Below are positions 57,465-64,000 of a stretch of 64,000 nt of DNA, piece by piece. Numbering within the stretch: the first letter of the stretch is position 1; every line of letters starts with the position of its first letter. The notes beneath the pieces were generated by a model. The model was not told where the DNA came from. It ran no database searches and worked only from the letters and a program-made list of their open reading frames with translations. This DNA is from an uncultured Alphaproteobacteria bacterium. Its GTDB lineage: Bacteria > Pseudomonadota > Alphaproteobacteria > Rhizobiales > Xanthobacteraceae. The translations under genes were made by a program, and so were the position numbers. The stretch lies in NCBI GenBank assembly GCA_963702635.1, contig CAVPDL010000017.1:68070-132069 (forward strand), in the 5' to 3' direction.

Positions 57465-58687
57465 TCAGTCCAGCACGTGATTGACCATACCGTCGGCAAG
57501 CTTGGGCTCGAACCAGGTCGATTTCGGCGGCATGATCAGGCCGGCGTCGGCCACCGCCATCAGGTCGGTCATCTGCGTCGGATAGAGCGCGAAGGCCACC
57601 GCCATCTCGCCGGACGCAACCCGCTTCTCCAGCCCTTCCAGGCCGCGTCCGCCGCCGACGAAATCGATGCGCTTGTCGGTGCGCTGGTCGGCGATACCGA
57701 ACAGCGGTTCGAGCACGTTGCGCGACAGCAGCGTCACCGGCAGCCGTCCGATCGGATCGTCCGCCGGCACGCGTCTCGGATCGAGTGTCAGCCGGTCCAG
57801 CGGCCACCGAGAAACATGCCGAACTCGGCCGAACAGCCAGGCCGCACCGGCTTGTCCGACGCAGTCACTGTGAAATGTTCGCGGAGCGCCGCCAAAAGCG
57901 CATCGGCGCTGCGGCCGTTCAAATCCTTCACCACGCGGTTGTAATCGAGGATCGTCATCTGGTGATGCGGAAAGATCACCGACAGGAAATAGCCATGCGA
58001 TCCGGTCGCGCCGCCGTGCGTCTGCGCCACCCGCGAGGCCGCGGCCGAGCGGTGGTGGCCGTCAGCGATGTAGATCGCCGGCAGCGCGTCGAACGCCTTG
58101 GTGAGCGCGCTGATCGTTGCCTCGTCGTTCACCACCCACATCTGGTGGCGCACGCCATCATCGGCAGTGACGTCCACGTCCGGCTCATCCAAGGCCGCTT
58201 CCGCCAGCATCTCGTCGATCGCAGGCGCGTCCGGATAGGCGATCATCACCGGCCCGGTCTGTGCGTTGACCGCCTCGATCTGCCGTACCCGGTCGTCCTC
58301 TTTGACCGGCGTGGTCAATTCGTGCCTGCGGACGCGGTTGCTGGCGTAATCCTTGATCGAGGCGACCGCGGCGAGGCCGGTCTGCACGCGATCGCGCCAG
58401 GTCAGGCGGTAGACGTAGTAGAGCGGCGTTGCGTCGCGCATCAGCACGCCATGCTTGACCATGCGCTGGAGGTTGTCCGCGGCCTTGGCATACACCGCCC
58501 GGTCGTAAGGATCGGTCTTCGGGTCGAGGTCGATCTCGGGCTTGGAGATGTGCAGGAAGCTCCACGGCTTGCCTGCCGCGCGCTCACGCGCTTCGGCGCT
58601 TGACAGCACGTCGTAGGGCGGCGCCAGGACCTCGGCGGCGCGCCCCGGCGCGGGACGAAGCGCACGAAACGGGTGGATGAGGGACAC
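57465..58687 (-). CDS. DUF1015 family protein (frameshift near 57790)
   Basis: PFRALRP, APPYDV, SFLH, HELT, YIADGHHRSA, ILDYNR, RIDFVGG.RG, MPPKSTWFEPKL.DG. Confidence 0.9.
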
Positions 58688-58756
58688 GAGACCTCTCTTT
58701 AATTGGCGCCGGCAGGCGGGCTCATGGTTTAGTCGGCGTTGCAACGAGGTTCAACA

Positions 58757-59675
58757 GTGACCCGGCCCGGAACCATCCTGATCGCAGGCCCGACCGCGAG
58801 CGGCAAGTCGGCGCTGGCGCTCGCATTGGCTGAAAGGCTCGGCGGCGTCATCGTCAACGCCGATTCCATGCAGGTCTACCGCGATCTGCGCATCATCACG
58901 GCGCGGCCGAGCTCGGACGAGGAGACGCGCGTGCCGCACCGGCTCTATGGCCATGTCGATGCCGCGGAGAACTATTCGGTCGGCCGCTGGTGCCAGGATG
59001 TCGCGGGCAGCGCTCGACGAGGCGCGCGCAGCCGAAAAGTTGCCGATCCTGGTCGGCGGCACCGGGCTCTATTTCAAGGCGCTGACCCAGGGGCTTTCGG
59101 CGGTGCCGCCGACCCCGCCGGATATCCGCGCTGCCGTGCGGGCGCGGTGCGACGCCGAGGGCGCGGCAGCGCTGCATGGCGAACTCGCCCGACGCGATCC
59201 CGCGATGGCGGCGCGCCTCAAGCCCGGCGACCGCATGCGCATTGCACGCGCGCTGGAGGTGCTGGAGGCGACCGGCCGCTCGCTCGCCGACTGGCACCGC
59301 GACGGCATGCCGGCGATCCTCGATCCGGATGCCGCAATCAAGATCTTTCTCGATGTCGACCGCGCCGAGCTGCATCGCCGGATCGACGCCCGTTTCGACG
59401 CCATGCTGGCGGCCGGCGCCTTGGACGAGGTGAGGGCGCTCGACGCCCGCCATCTCGACCCGATGCTGCCGGCGATGAAGGCCCACGGCGTGCCCTGGCT
59501 GCGGCGGCATCTGGCCGGCGAAATCAGCCTGGAGGCGGCGGCGGAAGGCGGCAAGCAGGACACCCGCCGCTACACCAAGCGGCAGGTCACCTGGTTTCGC
59601 CATCAGATGCCGGGATGGGCTTGGCTCAGCCCGGCGGCCGCGGGAGAGGCTATTTGCTGCTGCGAAATGTCTTGA
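58757..59675 (+). CDS. miaA: tRNA dimethylallyltransferase (frameshift near 59005)
   Basis: [42 protein letters not shown]. Confidence 0.95.
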
Positions 59676-59701
59676 CCGCGGCGCACCAAGACCCGTATAT
59701 A
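59672..59701 (+). promoter_or_regulatory. sigma70-type promoter of the ilv operon
   Basis: TTGACC-18-TATATA upstream of the leader peptide. Confidence 0.55.
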
Positions 59702-59730
59702 GAGCGCGCAAGGAAATGCCGAAAGACTGA

Positions 59731-59851
59731 TTGAGATGCGCAATAATATTACTCAAGACTCTGGTACTCGTACGAAGGCGCACCGCCGGGGGTGGCTGAG
59801 GCCACCTCGCGATCTTGGCGGTGCGCGGCAAGGGGCTTTCGGCCCCTTTTT
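59731..59851 (+). promoter_or_regulatory. ilv leader-peptide attenuator
   Basis: Leader ORF 59731..59799 (M)[21 protein letters not shown]; stem gcgcaccgcc/ggcggtgcgc; terminator aaggggc-tttcg-gcccctt-ttt at 59830..59851. Confidence 0.85.
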
Positions 59852-59900
59852 GATTCCCTGAGCAATCTTCTGAACGAAATTCGAGTAAGCGGAGTGGATG

Positions 59901-61696
59901 ATGAGCACAGCAACCGAGACCGGGCTGACGCACCGAGCCGGGAAATGACCGGCGCCGAAATGGTGATCGAGGCGCTCGCCGATCAGGGCGTGCAGCACAT
60001 CTTCGGCTATCCCGGCGGCGCGGTGCTGCCGATCTATGACGCGCTGTTCCAGCAGCAGAAGGTCCAGCACATCCTGGTGCGCCACGAGCAGGGCGCGGTC
60101 CACGCCGCCGAAGGCTATGCGCGCTCGACCGGCAAGGTCGGCTGCGTGCTGGTCACCTCGGGCCCCGGCGCGACCAACGCCGTGACCGGCCTCACCGACG
60201 CGCTCTGCGACTCGATCCCGATCGTGGTCATCACCGGCCAGGTGCCGACGCATCTGATCGGCAACGACGCCTTCCAGGAGTGCGACACCGTCGGCATCAC
60301 CCGGCCCTGCACCAAGCACAACTATCTGGTGAAGAGCATCGACGACCTGCCGCGCGTGCTGCACGAGGCGTTCCACATCGCCTCGAGCGGCCGGCCGGGC
60401 CCGGTGGTGGTCGACATCCCGAAGGACATCCAGTTCGCCAAGGGCACCTATTCCAGGCCGAAGGAGTTCCAGCACCAGGGCTACCAGCCCAGGCTCAAGG
60501 GCGACCCGAACAAGATCAAGGCAGGCGGTCGAGCTGATGGCGCGCGCCAAGCGGCCGCTGTTCTACACCGGCGGCGGCGTCATCAACTCCGGCCCGCAGG
60601 CCAGCGACGCTGCTGCGCGAGCTGGTCAAGCTCACCGGCTTTCCGATCACCTCGACCCTGATGGGCCTCGGCGCCTACCCGGCCTCCGATCCGCAGTGGC
60701 TCGGCATGCTCGGCATGCACGGCACCTGGGAGGCGAACTGGGCGATGCACGATTGCGACCTGATGATCTGCATCGGCGCGCGCTTCGACGACCGCATCAC
60801 CGGCCGGCTCGACGCCTTCTCGCCGGGCTCGACGAAGATCCACGTCGACATCGATCCGTCCTCGATCAACAAGAACGTCAAGGTCGACGTGCCGATCATC
60901 GGCGACTGCGCCCACGTGCTGGAGGACATGCTGCAGGCTGTGGCGCGCCGACAAGGCGCAGCCCGACAAGAAGGCGCTGGGCGACTGGTGGAAGCAGATC
61001 GACAAGTGGCGGGCGAAGAAGTCGCTCGCCTACAAGAACTCCAACACCATCATCAAGCCGCAATACGCCATCCAGCGGCTCTACGAGCTGACCAAGGACC
61101 GCGACACCTACATCACCACCGAGGTCGGCCAGCACCAGATGTGGGCGGCGCAGTTCTACCGGTTCGAGGAGCCGAACCGCTGGATGACCTCGGGCGGGCT
61201 CGGCACCATGGGCTACGGCCTGCCGTCGTCGGTCGGCGTGCAGCTCGCGCATCCGAAGTCGCTGGTCATCGACATCGCCGGCGAGGCCTCGGTGCTGATG
61301 ACCATGCAGGAGATGTCGACGGCGGTGCAGTACCGGCTGCCGATCAAGATCTTCATCCTCAACAACCAGTACATGGGCATGGTGCGGCAGTGGCAGGAGC
61401 TGCTGCACGGCGGCCGCTACGCCGAGAGCTACACCCATTCGCTGCCGGACTTCGTCAAGCTCGCCGAGGCCTATCACGCGGTCGGCATCCGCTGCGAGCA
61501 GCCGGGCGATCTCGACGGCGCGATCAAGGAGATGATCGACGTCGACCGGCCGGTGCTGTTCGACTGCGTGGTCGACCAGAACGAGAACTGCTTCCCGATG
61601 ATCCCGTCGGGCCGCGCCCACAACGAGATGCTGCTGGGCGACTCCGGCGAGAGCGTCGAGGAGGCGATCACCGAAGAAGGCAAGGTGATGGTGTAA
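59901..61696 (+). CDS. ilvB: acetolactate synthase large subunit (frameshifts; start may be 59945)
   Basis: [56 protein letters not shown]. Confidence 0.95.
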
Positions 61697-61705
61697 TCCC
61701 CTGGG

Positions 61706-61803
61706 CCTCATCCTGAGGAGCATCGCGTAGCGATGCGTCTCGAAGGATGGTGCCAAACTTCATCCTTCGAGACGCGCCCTTCGGGCGCTCCTGAGGATGA
61801 GGG
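61706..61803. repeat. REP-like element, family D (CTCATCCTGAGGAG...CTCCTGAGGATGAG)
   Basis: Outer arms plus inner stem gcgtctcgaaggatg/catccttcgagacgc. Confidence 0.8.
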
Positions 61804-61836
61804 CTGAATGTGTTGCCGCGTCAGTAAGGACAAAAG

Positions 61837-62376
61837 ATGAGTTCCACCTCCCATTACCCCGCCGCGCCCGTTGCGGAAAAAATTGAAGCCCACACGCTGT
61901 CGGTGATCGTCGACAACGAGCCCGGGCGTGCTGGCGCGCGTCATCGGCCTGTTCTCCGGCCGCGGCTACAACATCGACTCGCTCACCGTGTCGGAGACCG
62001 AGCACGAGAAGCACCTCTCGCGCATCACCATCGTCACCCGCGGCACGCCGATGGTGATCGAGCAGATCAAGAACCAGCTCGATCGTCTGGTGCCGATCCA
62101 CCGCGTCGTCGACATGACGCGGCCGGCCCCGCGATCCAGCGCGAGCTCGCCATGGTCAAGGTGCGCGGCACCGGCGAGCCCCGCGTCGAGGCGCTGCGTC
62201 TCGCCGACGCCTTCCGCGCCCGCGTCATCGACGCCGGCACGGAGAGCTTCATCTTCGAGATCACCGGCGCCAGCGAGAAGATCGAGCAGTTCATCGCGCT
62301 GATGCTGCCGCTGGGCCTGGTCGAGGTCTCCCGCACCGGGGTCGTGGCCATCGGCCGCGGCGCCGAGGCGATGTGA
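61837..62376 (+). CDS. ilvN: acetolactate synthase small subunit (frameshifts)
   Basis: VDNEPG, LARVIGLFSGRGYNIDSL, RELAMVKV, EVSRTG. Confidence 0.93.
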   Translation: MSSTSHYPAAPVAEKIEAHTLSVIVDNEPGRAGARHRPVLRPRLQHRLAHRVGDRAREAPLAHHHRHPRHADGDRADQEPARSSGADPPRRRHDAAGPAIQRELAMVKVRGTGEPRVEALRLADAFRARVIDAGTESFIFEITGASEKIEQFIALMLPLGLVEVSRTGVVAIGRGAEAM

Positions 62377-62393
62377 CGGCTGTACAGAGCTTT

Positions 62394-62422
62394 TCCTAGG
62401 ATATACATTGTATATCCTAGGA
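62394..62422. promoter_or_regulatory. 29-bp palindromic operator overlapping the antitoxin RBS
   Basis: TCCTAGGATATACA-T-TGTATATCCTAGGA. Confidence 0.75.
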
Positions 62423-62429
62423 GATTCTC

Positions 62430-62780
62430 ATGAAGGTCAAGGTCGCCAAATGGGGCAACAGCCTGGGCGTGCGGCTGCCGCGTGCAGCGGCCGAAGCCGC
62501 CGGGCTAACGGCTGGCAGCGAGGTCGATGTAACGGTGGAAGGGCGGGACCTGCGGCTGCGGCAGCCCTCGTCAAACCGAATTCCGTACTATCGTCTTGAG
62601 GATCTGCTGGCTGAAATTGATCGTTTAGGGCCCGGCAATGAACCCGAGACCGTCGACTGGGGACCCGACCGCGGCTCGGAAATCATCGACGACGAATATT
62701 CGCGGGGCGAGATCACTCTCGACGACATCATGAGCGGTCGACTGCGGGACAAAGACAAAGATGCTTCCGGAGGCCGGTGA
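62430..62780 (+). CDS. AbrB/MazE-family antitoxin
   Basis: KWGNSLGVRLP, Y.LEDLL, VDWG..RGSE. Confidence 0.9.
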   Translation: MKVKVAKWGNSLGVRLPRAAAEAAGLTAGSEVDVTVEGRDLRLRQPSSNRIPYYRLEDLLAEIDRLGPGNEPETVDWGPDRGSEIIDDEYSRGEITLDDIMSGRLRDKDKDASGGR

Positions 62781-63126
62781 TATTGCCTGGTTTGAATTCG
62801 ACCCAGTGAGGGGGACGGAGCAGGCGGGAAGGCGCCCAGGCCTCATCCTGACATCACGGCAGTATCACCAGCGATCGGGGCGTGCCGTCGTTTGTCCGAT
62901 CAGTTCGCGGGGCGACGCCTGGGCATTCAACGTTCCTTTGCCCTCGGAAACCAAGACGCGCGGTTTCGTGATGACCGATCAGGTTCGCACGGTCGAGAGA
63001 AGCGAACGCATGTTCAACATCATCGAGCGAGTCCCGACCGCCGTGCTAAACGACGTGCGCGGCCGGCTCGCGGCGCTGCTTGGTATTGACGTGGTTGGCT
63101 CCATCGCAGCACCCGCGCCGGAATGA
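62761..63126 (+). CDS. MazF/PemK-family endoribonuclease toxin
   Basis: GDIAW.EFDP..G.EQAGRRP, VCPISS, DQVRT. Confidence 0.92.
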   Translation: MLPEAGDIAWFEFDPVRGTEQAGRRPGLILTSRQYHQRSGRAVVCPISSRGDAWAFNVPLPSETKTRGFVMTDQVRTVERSERMFNIIERVPTAVLNDVRGRLAALLGIDVVGSIAAPAPE

Positions 63127-63229
63127 AGAACACCGGCCTTGTCCCCATCCGGCATTGAACCTAAAAACATCGGCGGACGGGGATAGTCCGGGCAAAATCC
63201 AAAAAGGCCAGCCTCGATTGGCCCAGTGA

Positions 63230-64000
<771 letters not shown>

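Overview
High-GC alphaproteobacterial chromosome segment. Gene content and order point to Hyphomicrobiales, probably a Xanthobacteraceae/Nitrobacteraceae-like soil lineage (inference). The backbone comprises ligA, aminopeptidase P, prmA, uvrD, fumC, sspB, a two-piece tmRNA, chrA x2, tctBA, thyA-folA, hflKC-DUF2065-degP, miaA and ilvB-ilvN-ilvC with a leader-peptide attenuator. Accessory genes are interspersed: four orphan TctC/Bug binding proteins, a TPR/GT41 glycosyltransferase, TauD plus an exported Rid protein, two toxin-antitoxin pairs, an mddA-like methyltransferase under tandem wHTH regulators and an orphan catabolic cluster. Many genes, including essential ones, carry single-base indels that are most plausibly long-read assembly errors, so several coordinates are reconstructed across frameshifts. 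At least four families of REP/RIME-like palindromes are present. Main leads: (1) a DUF1015 gene with a ParB/Srx-type DGHHR motif sits where related genomes carry serB, suggesting a non-orthologous phosphoserine-to-serine enzyme; (2) the last ~55 codons of uvrD are duplicated with mostly synonymous changes and bracket a TA pair, followed by a zorA-like remnant, with no integrase in the window; (3) a palindromic repeat is inserted in frame in the uvrD helicase core; (4) 11-bp phased repeats link the wHTH regulators to the mddA-like operon. No CRISPR array, rRNA, tRNA, transposase or integrase was seen.
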